IMG/VR virus record: IMGVR_UViG_3300017971_000213
Coordinates: 1 to 64,000 of that record
DNA: 64,000 nt
Reading direction: 5' to 3' (one strand)
Source: an uncultured virus (IMG/VR IMGVR_UViG_3300017971_000213)
Taxonomy: Duplodnaviria; Heunggongvirae; Uroviricota; Caudoviricetes
Numbering within the stretch: the stretch's first letter is position 1; each line of letters begins with the position of its first letter. Position numbers and translations under genes: made by a program. Below are positions 38,317 through 47,891 of the stretch, in pieces. Below the pieces are notes generated by a model, which did no database searches, was not told the origin of the DNA, and was given only the letters and a program-made list of their open reading frames with translations.

Positions 38317-39065
38317 ACCAACTCGTTAAAAAACTCAGTCCCCAGCGTGAGGGAAATGTACCTAAAAATGTCATCCATTGAAGGAATCGTTTCTGTCGCC
38401 ACGAAAGAAAAAGAGTACGTCTTGCTGAAAGGGTTAGCCGCGTCGTCGGTAAACTCCAGCACACGGTCAAAATGACCGATGAACTGAATCAACGCATTGG
38501 CCAACATAGGGCTACTGTACATGAAATAAAAACGATTAGGGTACCCCCCGAACGGATCAATAACAGGCTCCCGCGTGAGGCTGTACAGGTTCCAGAAGTT
38601 CACGAGCTTCGAAGCACCTTGCAACGCCTCGATATCAAGCCCCTCCTGGTTCGTGACCGACTTCACCCAGTCCCGGAACTTCTTGATATTCTCAGAGAGA
38701 TACTTGCTGTTGCGCTGCATCCCAGTACGGATGTTGATGTTCCCCGTCGCCCCAGCAAAACTGATGTTGATGACGTCGTTGTTGCGACCCTTCGCGTTCG
38801 TCCAGTGATAGAACACAGCACCGGACTGCGTATCTCGCCTCGTAATCCTCTTGTTCTGCGAAAAGGTCACAGTCTCCGGATTCATCTTCATGCGCACAGG
38901 ATCAATGCCGTTGTTCATACGTTGATCCGAAGTGAACATAAAAGGAACTCGATACGCAACATCCTCGTAGGGGTTGAGTATCCGATCAAGAATACGTTCT
39001 GTAGAAGGTGTAGGAGTCGTCTCCCCACCAAACGTATTACGCAAATTTTCCAAAAATGTCGCCAT
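38313..39065 (-). CDS. tail tube initiator / baseplate tube-like protein
   Basis: MKMNPETVTFS...TQSG...ISFAGATG...GHF...FTDDAANPFSKTYSFSF; position after the tape measure genes. Confidence 0.7.
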   Translation of the reverse strand: MATFLENLRNTFGGETTPTPSTERILDRILNPYEDVAYRVPFMFTSDQRMNNGIDPVRMKMNPETVTFSQNKRITRRDTQSGAVFYHWTNAKGRNNDVINISFAGATGNINIRTGMQRNSKYLSENIKKFRDWVKSVTNQEGLDIEALQGASKLVNFWNLYSLTREPVIDPFGGYPNRFYFMYSSPMLANALIQFIGHFDRVLEFTDDAANPFSKTYSFSFVATETIPSMDDIFRYISLTLGTEFFNELV

Positions 39066-39073
39066 TACCTACC

Positions 39074-41869
39074 TCAGCCCGGAGCGAGCCCCAGCGCAGC
39101 AAGCTGGTTAGCCTGCTCCCCTTGGCGCTTCTTGGTTCGCTCTCGATGTTGCTTTCCGGTTGCCCATTCACGCGCCTCGCGACCAGCAGCGGTATCAGCT
39201 CCTGGCCTCCAGAAGAGGGCACGCTCGTAGTTCCGTCCTCCAGAAGGAATGGAACCTAAGAGACCCCCACCCCTCATGAACGGCGGAAGTCCCTCGCCCT
39301 CGTTGGCGTGAATGAACCCCGTCGCACCCTTCGTCCAGTCCTGTGTCCCGGAATCACCTCTCAAGATGCTGCGCGCGAAATCAATCGTAGCCTGCGAGGG
39401 GCGACGGCGCGTAGCGTACTGGCGGTTGTACCGCTTATTGTTGTTCTGCTTCCCCCACCCCTTACCGGAAGTGGCCTTGTTCTTGAGAGCACCCCCACCC
39501 CTGCCCTTGGCACGATTGATCAGAGTGTGCGCGATACCTACCAGCTCCTTCTTGCGCGCAGGACTGTACCCTCCAGCTTCGCTCTGAAGGACACGAGCCA
39601 GCGCCTCCACGTCGTCCCCGGTGTACTTGCCCTCACTGGCAAGAGCCATACTGCTGAACTCTCCCTCCAGCTCCGCTTCCTCGGAAGCGAAGGAAAGCCC
39701 ACAACGAGGGCAGTTGCCGCCGATCTCGAATGAAATGTTGCCCTGGGTGTCTACACCGCCCACTTCGAGAGTGACTCCGCCTCCAGCCCACGGGCCGTCC
39801 CATTCCGACTGCGCAGCCTGAGGGTCCTTCTTTACCGAAGCAGGTGCCTTCGCCATCTGCTTGGGAGCCATCGAAGATTGACCCGACTGGAGCGATGCCA
39901 CGGGGATCTGCACCACTTGAGACGGAGCGAACGCGTTGCCCGCACCCCGACCCTTGGTACCCGGCATCGATCTGAGTCGAGAAGACGCAGGATCGAAGTT
40001 CCAGGCCTCCTGGAGGGTCTTCATCGAGGTCCCCAGGACGTCAGAACCCATGCGCTTCATCGCCTTTGTCATCTGGGACAGACCCCGGTTCATCTTGCGC
40101 TTGTGCTCTTCCGTGTTCCCGAACAAGGCGTTGATGTCAGCCGCCAACCGATTATTGTCCTGCTGATCGCCGCTGATGCCGTTCACAATGAACTCAGGGA
40201 GGGCCTTGAAGAACGCAATCAGCCACGACACGGCCTGGATGACCATGCCCATGATACCCTGCCCTACCTTGGCCAGTCCCTTCATCCACGAGTTCATCGT
40301 GCGCTCGAATTTGCTGCGCTTGGTGGCCTCCACGCCAAACGACTTGGACAGGATCTCGGAATTCTGCTTGGCCGCCGTGGCTGCCTCTACGGTCTTCCCC
40401 TCCTTCATCTTGGAACCGATCTCGGCTATCAGACGGGCACCCTCAAACCCGAGACCCATCTGCTTCTCCATGTAGAACCGCGCGGTCTCCTCGTCCCCTC
40501 CAGTGGCCTCCATGGCGATGTCGTAGACGGCCTCGACGATTCGCGTGACTTCTCCACTGTTGTTGCCCTCGGCAACACGGCGGAATGCGTCCATCATCTT
40601 CTGCCGTGCTTCGAGTCCTCGACCGTAGCCGAGCCGTTCCCCGAGAATGATCTTCCAGGAATCCGACATCTTGGCGATCCCAGACGCCATCTGCTGTATC
40701 CCCATCGCGGCCTGCTTTCCCGCGAACTGCTTGGGAACACCCATCTTGGAGAACTGCTCCGTAACGTGCGAGTAGATGTCCACGACGTTATCGATGTCGT
40801 ACCCCATCTTGGCCAGCTCCTTGCCAGCATCCTCCACGTTCTTCACGTACTGCATCGCACCGATACCGGAATCCCGACCCACCATGTACATCCGGGTCAA
40901 GGACTCCCTGGCCTCGTCAGTGGTCTTGCCGTAGTCGGCCATCAGGCCCACCATCCGCTTAGCGCTCTCCCCACCTCCCAGCTCGAACATCTTGTCCAGA
41001 GCCAGAGTCACCGTGACGGCACTGCTGTGGACGCCCTTGAGCCGCGTATCGACAGTCCGCGTCATCTGATCGACGCTGACACCGCCGTCGACAAAAGCCT
41101 GGGCAACCGACTGAATCTGTTCCCGGTTGATCCCCATGTACTGCTGCAACGACTCCTGGATCGAGGACAGGTGACGAGTTCCAGAACGTACAGCCCCCTT
41201 CACCCCGTCATCGTAGGCGGCGATGAGGATGTTCTTCATCTCCCCGGCCTGGGCACGAACCCTGTCGCGGTCCATGTAGCCGTGGATCATGATGCCGATA
41301 CCACCCGCTGCAAGGGCCTTCCACTTCGGCACCTTGAGCTTCTGCATCATGCCGCCGATCTTACCCTTCAGCGTCCTCCACTCTGACCGAACCACCTGCT
41401 TGGACTTGTTGGCCGCCCAAGCACGCGCACCGCTCTTCTTACGGCCCTTGCTGTCACGCCCCTTAGCGCCTCCTCCGCCGTCCTCGGCGTCCACCTGACC
41501 CGCAACAGCGTCTGCCTTGTCTACAAGCCCCCTTGCGCCCGCTGAGAGGCTCTCAAAGTCCTTCTCGGCGGCCTTGACCGTCTTCTCCAGCTCGTCGAAG
41601 GACTTACCCATGCTCCCCGCGAGCTTCTCGAACTTCTGAGAAACCCCCTGGACGTACTCCTGCCCCATACCGGTCAGCTTCGACCCCTCCTTGAGGGTGG
41701 GATCGTTCTCCAGATCCGAGAACACGGTCTTGAAGCTGTCGCGTAGAGACGCACCGAGCGCATCGATCATCTCAGTGTTGCGCTGAGATACCTCACTGAT
41801 GGCGTCACCGAGTTCGGTGAACTTGAACCGAGCAGCATCGAGATGCTGTATGTCAACGATATCGGTCAT
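39074..41869 (-). CDS. tape-measure-like protein 3 with C-terminal SleB-like cell wall hydrolase domain
   Basis: Helical Ala/Gly/Met-rich core homologous to the two upstream genes. DVEALARVLQSEAGG...VGIAHTLINR...DWTKGATGF is the SleB/Hydrolase_2 pattern. Confidence 0.8.
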   Translation of the reverse strand: MTDIVDIQHLDAARFKFTELGDAISEVSQRNTEMIDALGASLRDSFKTVFSDLENDPTLKEGSKLTGMGQEYVQGVSQKFEKLAGSMGKSFDELEKTVKAAEKDFESLSAGARGLVDKADAVAGQVDAEDGGGGAKGRDSKGRKKSGARAWAANKSKQVVRSEWRTLKGKIGGMMQKLKVPKWKALAAGGIGIMIHGYMDRDRVRAQAGEMKNILIAAYDDGVKGAVRSGTRHLSSIQESLQQYMGINREQIQSVAQAFVDGGVSVDQMTRTVDTRLKGVHSSAVTVTLALDKMFELGGGESAKRMVGLMADYGKTTDEARESLTRMYMVGRDSGIGAMQYVKNVEDAGKELAKMGYDIDNVVDIYSHVTEQFSKMGVPKQFAGKQAAMGIQQMASGIAKMSDSWKIILGERLGYGRGLEARQKMMDAFRRVAEGNNSGEVTRIVEAVYDIAMEATGGDEETARFYMEKQMGLGFEGARLIAEIGSKMKEGKTVEAATAAKQNSEILSKSFGVEATKRSKFERTMNSWMKGLAKVGQGIMGMVIQAVSWLIAFFKALPEFIVNGISGDQQDNNRLAADINALFGNTEEHKRKMNRGLSQMTKAMKRMGSDVLGTSMKTLQEAWNFDPASSRLRSMPGTKGRGAGNAFAPSQVVQIPVASLQSGQSSMAPKQMAKAPASVKKDPQAAQSEWDGPWAGGGVTLEVGGVDTQGNISFEIGGNCPRCGLSFASEEAELEGEFSSMALASEGKYTGDDVEALARVLQSEAGGYSPARKKELVGIAHTLINRAKGRGGGALKNKATSGKGWGKQNNNKRYNRQYATRRRPSQATIDFARSILRGDSGTQDWTKGATGFIHANEGEGLPPFMRGGGLLGSIPSGGRNYERALFWRPGADTAAGREAREWATGKQHRERTKKRQGEQANQLAALGLAPG

Positions 41870-44175
41870 CGTGCGCCCATCCGGGTAGAGCTATTCTGAG
41901 AAACCCGTTTCCTCGATTCTATCAGAGAAGATGTCGTTCCTTTTTTACCCACAGCGGGTTTTGAAATACCGTCAGAAGACTCACTCACGTTGGAGTTCAT
42001 CGTGCGGTCCTTGGCACGAGCCTCCCTGCGAACCTTCTGCGGAGAGCGGCGTCTAGACTTTCTACCAGCCTGCGGTTTGTCTGCGGAGGAGACTGCCTTC
42101 TGGACCTTCCCTCGACGTTCCGTCTGATCAGGAACCGCCGCGTCCAGCTCCACGTCGGCGTCCGTATCGACATCGAGATCGTAGTCTCCGCTAGACAGAA
42201 TATCCGGGTCTTCGTCGATCAGGTCCTCCCGAACCCTTTCCTCGTCAACGTCCATACCCCCACCGTACCCAGGAGCCATCGGAGCCTCTACCGGGGCTTG
42301 ATCACGCAAAACATCCAAGAGAGGGCCAAACGTCTCCCGAAACTCACCACCCAAGGCCTGTCCGGCGATCTCGAAACCACCGATGAGCTTCTCCCAGCTA
42401 CCGGCCATCGTGTTGAAGACCTTGTTCTGCTGAGCGTAGATGCGGTGATACACCTCTTGACGCTCAGAAACAGGAGTCAAGAGAATCTGAGCCTCCCCTT
42501 TGAGGCCGACCATCAACACCGAGACCAGGTCCACCAGGATCGCCAGGATCGCCTCACCGATACGCGCCATCCCGCGAATCAGCTCTCTCCGAGTACGGTG
42601 CAAAGAGGAGACACGCTCGCTCTCCGTCTGGAAAGCCTTGCGAAGCTCTTTTCGCTCTTTCTCGGACAGGTCCTCCAGCTTGCCACCCTCAGCTAGCTTC
42701 TCCCCCGCGTCCCAAACCAACTGAGCAGTCCGGTTCTTGACGTTCAGAAGCTTCGAAGTGGCGTAGATCCCCCGACTCCGCGACGTAGAGGTCTTGGACT
42801 TCAGAGTACGTACGGTGGAACGGATGAGATTCTCCAAAAACTGGTCATCATCCCCCTTAGAGATGCGGCGCAGACCGTCGTCGAACCTCAGCATCAACGA
42901 AACCGCATCCGCCTCCTGGTCCTGGTACATGTCCCTAGCAAGAACGATCTTGAGCTGATCGTCCAGCTTCGTAAACGACGTCATCAGATCGGCTACAACA
43001 CCTTCGGCCTGCTTCCCCGCGTACCTCTCGGACAACCCATGCGCGGAGTAGAAATCGATCACCTTCCCCGCGAAAACAGCAGCCGTCTCCGCCTGTACGC
43101 CCATTCGCGAAAGAGGATCAGCAGCAGACATAACGATGCGCGTGAAGTTACGAACACCGATAGCGCTCCGAGCACCGGCAGCGGTCAACCGAGTGTAGAA
43201 CCCCGCAGCGTCATCCAACTTCATCCCGTAGTCGCGAACGAGACTCGTGATGTCCCCCATGGCCTCCGCCGTGGCGAAGTTGAAGTGCTTCCCTATACCC
43301 AGCGCCAGGGTGACGACGTTCTTCCCCACCTTCCCCAACCCATCATCAAAGGTCTTCAACATGTCAGAAGCGCGGAAGCCATTGTCGACCATCAACTTCA
43401 CCGCGCCCTGGGTTTCTTTCCGACCCACACCCCATTGCCACTGGGCACGCTCACCCCAGTTGGCAAACCACCGAGTGGCTCTCCGGGAACTCGCTGAGAA
43501 CAGCGAGTCCACACTACCCTCGAAGAGGTTGGCCATCTCGGACATCTCAGCACGCCGACGGTCACGCTCTGTGTACCCGAGAACCATCGCCCCGATGAGA
43601 CCACCGACAAAACCCGTAGCCACTCCCCCTGGAATCTTGCGCAGAACGCTCTGTAGCTGTTTCTTGACCGAAGCTGCCTCTTTGCCAACAAACTTCGCAA
43701 GACGTGATTGCCGCTCTTCGGCCTCATCAGTGGCGCTGTCTGCCTCCTGGGCCACCTTCTCGGTCGACTTCAGGGCCTCCTCGGCATCGTTCTTAGCCCC
43801 TGCCGTATCCGGGACCGGCGGAAGAGGTTGCGTCTTCTCGGGGGCTTCCCCTCGGGGGTCCTCGTTACCGAGAAAGTTTTCGATCTTCAACGACCGGAGC
43901 TTGTCGAGAGCGCTGCTCATGGTGCGCTCCTGTCGGTCGTACGCGCTGAGGCTGCTCTCAATCTTGGACACCGAGGCATCCGTCATGGGAAGAATCAACG
44001 GAGGAGGATCACCCACTGAACCGGAACCCAACGTGATGTCGTCCGATGCACGCATAACGCGCGCTGAAAGCATCTGAATCGTGTTCCCCAGCTCAGTGTA
44101 TGCTCGCGTGGTACCCTCTAGCTGAGAACTCAGCCAAGGGAGATCAACTACGAGCCGTGGAATACCGTCGGTCAT
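41866..44175 (-). CDS. tape-measure-like protein 2
   Basis: 769 aa helical; clear paralog of 44172-46544 (IPGG...GGL..AMV.GY.ERDR...ETQ...MVD.G...GKNV). Confidence 0.7.
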   Translation of the reverse strand: MTDGIPRLVVDLPWLSSQLEGTTRAYTELGNTIQMLSARVMRASDDITLGSGSVGDPPPLILPMTDASVSKIESSLSAYDRQERTMSSALDKLRSLKIENFLGNEDPRGEAPEKTQPLPPVPDTAGAKNDAEEALKSTEKVAQEADSATDEAEERQSRLAKFVGKEAASVKKQLQSVLRKIPGGVATGFVGGLIGAMVLGYTERDRRRAEMSEMANLFEGSVDSLFSASSRRATRWFANWGERAQWQWGVGRKETQGAVKLMVDNGFRASDMLKTFDDGLGKVGKNVVTLALGIGKHFNFATAEAMGDITSLVRDYGMKLDDAAGFYTRLTAAGARSAIGVRNFTRIVMSAADPLSRMGVQAETAAVFAGKVIDFYSAHGLSERYAGKQAEGVVADLMTSFTKLDDQLKIVLARDMYQDQEADAVSLMLRFDDGLRRISKGDDDQFLENLIRSTVRTLKSKTSTSRSRGIYATSKLLNVKNRTAQLVWDAGEKLAEGGKLEDLSEKERKELRKAFQTESERVSSLHRTRRELIRGMARIGEAILAILVDLVSVLMVGLKGEAQILLTPVSERQEVYHRIYAQQNKVFNTMAGSWEKLIGGFEIAGQALGGEFRETFGPLLDVLRDQAPVEAPMAPGYGGGMDVDEERVREDLIDEDPDILSSGDYDLDVDTDADVELDAAVPDQTERRGKVQKAVSSADKPQAGRKSRRRSPQKVRREARAKDRTMNSNVSESSDGISKPAVGKKGTTSSLIESRKRVSQNSSTRMGAR

Positions 44176-46544
44176 TCGCTGTTCGGCCTCTTGAGGATAT
44201 TCTTCTGGGCTTCCTGGTTGGCAGTCCCGGCGTCACCGGCACTGAGCACCGTCTTGCCTTTGCTGGCACCCACCTGCTGGTCCACCTGGGAGCGCTTCTT
44301 CTGTCTCTTGTAAGCACGGCGTATACGAGCCAACTCTTTCTTCTGCAAATGCCCCTCTACGGCGCTCGCCCTCTCTTCCAGTGCCTGAGTGCGCCTACTC
44401 CACTTCTGGAAGTCTTCGCTCGGTGCCTCGCCTTCTTCAGGAGCGTGCATGAGCTTCATCATCTCCGACGCCCACGCAGCGTTCTTCAAGAAGTCGACCG
44501 TCATCTGGTCCTTGACCTGACGACGAAAGTCCTCGTCCCCCGCCAGGTCACTAAAAACACTCCCTAGCTCCTTGGCAGCCGCATCCGCATCCTCCAGAGA
44601 GGTAATAGGCCTCATGCCGCCGCCCGTAGGAACCTTGTAGTTCAGTGCGTCCAAAAGGGGCTTGAAGTCCCGTCCGAACTCCTTACCCAAGATGCCGGGA
44701 ACCATACCCGCGCCCTTCATGATCTGGTCCACACCGGTACCCATGTGCGCGTTCAGCGTGTCGAGTTGATCACTGATGCGACTCAGCTCGGTCTGCACCT
44801 GACCGGGGCTACCTGAAACCGCAGCGGAAACGATATCCGGGAGCGCACGGATACCTGTCACGATAACCCCTAGCAGCCCCACGAGAACCTTGATCAAGCC
44901 GCGACCGATCTCACCTATCGCACGGTAGAGACGACGCTGCGTCTTGTGCAACGATGATACCCGCTGACTCTCCGTCATGAAGGCACGACGCAGGTGCTTC
45001 GTCTCATCCTTCGACAGCTCGGACAAATCGTTGGTCCGCGCGAGCTTCTCCCCCAGATCGTACAACGTCGCCGCCGTACGGTTATCCATACCCTGGTACT
45101 CCATGACACGGATGGATTGAGCACGACTACGACCACCGCGACTGGACCACTGAGTGAAAAGCACCAACGCCTTCTGCATGAAGTCGTCGCCCCCACCCTC
45201 AGCAACACGAAGAAAACCGTCCTCCCACTTCTGGAGGGCGTCCAGCGCGTTCAGCTCAGGGAACATCTGCTGCGCCAGAACAGCCTTCATGCTCGGGTTG
45301 AGGTTCGCGAGACCTGCGGACATGCCACCGATGACCTGCGAGGCCTGATTGCCCGCGTATCGGGGATCGAGCCCCATGTCCTCGTAGTGCTTCCGGATGG
45401 TCTCCATGACGGACGCAACGTTGGACACGTCAACGCCGTACTGCTGCATCGCGGAGGAGCCTGAGATGACAGAATCGACGAACCTACCGATACCCATCGC
45501 GCTACGCTGCCCCGCGAAAGCCAGCTTGACGTACTTGTCCGTAGCGGTATCGAGAGAATCACCAAGCTCAGTAGTGATCTTGATGATGTTGCTCATGGAG
45601 GTACCGGTCTTCTGGTTGAAGTGCTTGTCCACGGCGATGGACGCAACAGTCACGTTCTTGCCAACAAGACCCAAGTCTTTGTTGTACGTGGTCATGAAGT
45701 CCTTCGACCGGTACCCAGCGTCAACCATGCTCTTCAGTACAGCCTGCGTTTCCTCCTTGGCCACCCCGTAGAACCACTGCGCGGTCTCTTGGAACCCAGA
45801 GAAGAACCGAGTAGCTCGCTTCGATGCTTTCGAAGAAAGCGCCTCTCCGGTAGCTTCGAAGACATTCAGAATCTCTCCCGATTGCCACCGAAGACGGTCC
45901 CTCTCCTGATACCCCATGACCATCGCAGCCAGGAGACCCCCAGCGATGCCCCCGGCAGTCATAACGCCGCCAGGAACATGACTGAGCACGCTCTTGACCT
46001 GACCCTTGGCGGCGTCCAGCTCAGACTTCAAGTACCGCTTAGCGCGGTTGATAACCATCACCGAGGCCTTATCGGCCTCCTGAATCTTCTTGATCGACTC
46101 CAAAGCCGCATGCTTGACCTCGTCGGAGGACATGCTGGCCAGGCGAACGCTCTCCTTGACGATTTCCGCCTTGGCCTCCGCTGCGCTGAGCTGAGGAGGT
46201 GTGGGGTCCTTGGTAGCGGCCCCCATCTTGACCCCCGACAGGCGAGTCATGTCGTTAGCGATCTTCTCGCTATGACGTGACATCTCTTCGAGGAGGTTGG
46301 ACGTAGAGCCTACCCCGGACTCCATGATCTGGACCGACCGCTCCATCTGCGGAGTGATCGAAGAGAGACTGACATTGACCGACGCCGCCTGCTCCTGGAG
46401 AGAGACCAGCTCTTCGTCCGTACGGGAAATGAGACCCTGAAGAGACCTGCCGAAATCCGTGTAGGTCCTCCGAACGTCGTCGATCTGAGCCTGGAACTTA
46501 TCCAGGTCGAATCGAAGCAGGTACTCTTCAGTGGTCGCCATCAA
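44172..46544 (-). CDS. tape-measure-like protein 1
   Basis: 790 aa helical, immediately after the G/GT chaperone pair, the canonical tape measure position. Confidence 0.75.
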   Translation of the reverse strand: MMATTEEYLLRFDLDKFQAQIDDVRRTYTDFGRSLQGLISRTDEELVSLQEQAASVNVSLSSITPQMERSVQIMESGVGSTSNLLEEMSRHSEKIANDMTRLSGVKMGAATKDPTPPQLSAAEAKAEIVKESVRLASMSSDEVKHAALESIKKIQEADKASVMVINRAKRYLKSELDAAKGQVKSVLSHVPGGVMTAGGIAGGLLAAMVMGYQERDRLRWQSGEILNVFEATGEALSSKASKRATRFFSGFQETAQWFYGVAKEETQAVLKSMVDAGYRSKDFMTTYNKDLGLVGKNVTVASIAVDKHFNQKTGTSMSNIIKITTELGDSLDTATDKYVKLAFAGQRSAMGIGRFVDSVISGSSAMQQYGVDVSNVASVMETIRKHYEDMGLDPRYAGNQASQVIGGMSAGLANLNPSMKAVLAQQMFPELNALDALQKWEDGFLRVAEGGGDDFMQKALVLFTQWSSRGGRSRAQSIRVMEYQGMDNRTAATLYDLGEKLARTNDLSELSKDETKHLRRAFMTESQRVSSLHKTQRRLYRAIGEIGRGLIKVLVGLLGVIVTGIRALPDIVSAAVSGSPGQVQTELSRISDQLDTLNAHMGTGVDQIMKGAGMVPGILGKEFGRDFKPLLDALNYKVPTGGGMRPITSLEDADAAAKELGSVFSDLAGDEDFRRQVKDQMTVDFLKNAAWASEMMKLMHAPEEGEAPSEDFQKWSRRTQALEERASAVEGHLQKKELARIRRAYKRQKKRSQVDQQVGASKGKTVLSAGDAGTANQEAQKNILKRPNSE

Positions 46545-47374
46545 TCACTCTCCACGATCACAGTCGGCCTGTCGAGGCTCGGTTCTGCCTCCACGGACTT
46601 GTCCGATGTGACTTGGACCGACACCAAATCAACGTGCTCCACAATGTGCTGCTGAGAATGCTCGCGCTTCATGTCATGCCGGGCTTGACCGATAGTGCGC
46701 GCAGCGACATCCGACAGGGAGTTTTCCTCGATGTCGTCTTTGTTGAGAACCAGAGACTCCAGAAGGGCCTGGTTGTCCCGACCACCCCAGGACATCATCC
46801 GTTGCAGCTCCTCAGGGGTGCTGTCGCACTCGACGTCGCCGTCGTCCTCCATGAAGGCTTCCAGCTCGTCGGGGGTCATCTCCACGACACCGGTATCGAC
46901 GGGGCGACCGTCGTCACCAACCTGGCCCGATGCAGCGAGCTGACCCGCCACCTCCTGCTGGGTATGGAGCTGTTCGGTACGGTCTTTGATCATCGAGAGG
47001 ACGTCATCACGCCCAGTCATCACAGAAAGTGGCATGATCTCGTCAGGAGTAGGCATCCGAAGCAACCCCGTCTCCTCGTCCTCCACCGGACACAGGTTGA
47101 GGCCCAACATGCTCACCACCTGGTCTTTCACTATGTCCGCCATCAGCTCGATGTCCTTGTACCGATCCAAGTCCTCCTTGTTCATCGCCTCAAGCTCAAA
47201 CACCCACTGGGTATCGTTCATCCCCTTGATACGGGGGTCCCCGATGGGGATCTGTCGCTTCGTCAAGACCTTGGCCTTGATCCGAAGGCGAGAAGCTATT
47301 CGTCGCCAGACGGGGAAGACTCGGTCCCAGTGGGCTTCTCGCCCTCTTCCGAACCCTCCCCGGAGGATTTTTTT
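46541..47374 (-). CDS. tail assembly chaperone GT extension (reached by -1 frameshift)
   Basis: The -1 frame is open from the A-AAA-AAA site (47374-47368): AKKILRGGFGR...RLRIKAKVLTKRQIPIGDPRIKGMNDTQW to the stop at 46541. Confidence 0.75.
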   Translation of the reverse strand, partial: KKILRGGFGRGREAHWDRVFPVWRRIASRLRIKAKVLTKRQIPIGDPRIKGMNDTQWVFELEAMNKEDLDRYKDIELMADIVKDQVVSMLGLNLCPVEDEETGLLRMPTPDEIMPLSVMTGRDDVLSMIKDRTEQLHTQQEVAGQLAASGQVGDDGRPVDTGVVEMTPDELEAFMEDDGDVECDSTPEELQRMMSWGGRDNQALLESLVLNKDDIEENSLSDVAARTIGQARHDMKREHSQQHIVEHVDLVSVQVTSDKSVEAEPSLDRPTVIVESD

Positions 47375-47832
47375 GCTGCGTCCTGGGCGTCCTCCCTACG
47401 CTGTTCGAGAGACTCCCAGAAACCCCACATCTCCTCCAGACGCTCCGGAGGACGCTCCGCCAGGTACTGCATCAGGTACTCGGCCGCGAAGTACTTCTGA
47501 TTGTAACGCCCCCGACCATCGACGAGCTGCACGATCTGACGTCCCTCCTCGGTGCTCTCCCACTCCTCGCGGAAGAACTCGAAGACAGGAATTCCGTTGA
47601 TGGCGCGAATGCCGATGGACAGTGTGGGCAACCTCCAGGAAGAAACCGTCGAGATGCGCGACCCGGTGTTGATGAACGAGTTACGCCAGTTCGACTCTTC
47701 CTCCGTCAGCAGACGTATCGTCCACTCACGGCCCATCCACAGGAAAGTATCCTCGATGGTCTCGCCATCGAGTTCCCGAGCAAGGTCCAGCAACATCTTT
47801 TTGGGACTTTGATTGTCGTTTGAAGGCAACAC
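47296..47832 (-). CDS. tail assembly chaperone G
   Basis: GTG start after a GGAGGAGG SD; lies between the tube and tape measure genes; slippery site near the 3' end. Confidence 0.75.
   Translation of the reverse strand: MLPSNDNQSPKKMLLDLARELDGETIEDTFLWMGREWTIRLLTEEESNWRNSFINTGSRISTVSSWRLPTLSIGIRAINGIPVFEFFREEWESTEEGRQIVQLVDGRGRYNQKYFAAEYLMQYLAERPPERLEEMWGFWESLEQRREDAQDAAKKSSGEGSEEGEKPTGTESSPSGDE
47368..47374 (-). other. programmed -1 ribosomal frameshift slippery heptamer A AAA AAA
   Basis: Minus strand GCA AAA AAA TCC in the G frame, a correct X XXY YYZ phase. Confidence 0.75.
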
Positions 47833-47891
47833 GGCTTTCGCTCCTCCTCCCGCTACGCGGGGTCTAATTGTGAGTCGCTTTCGCGACAAAC

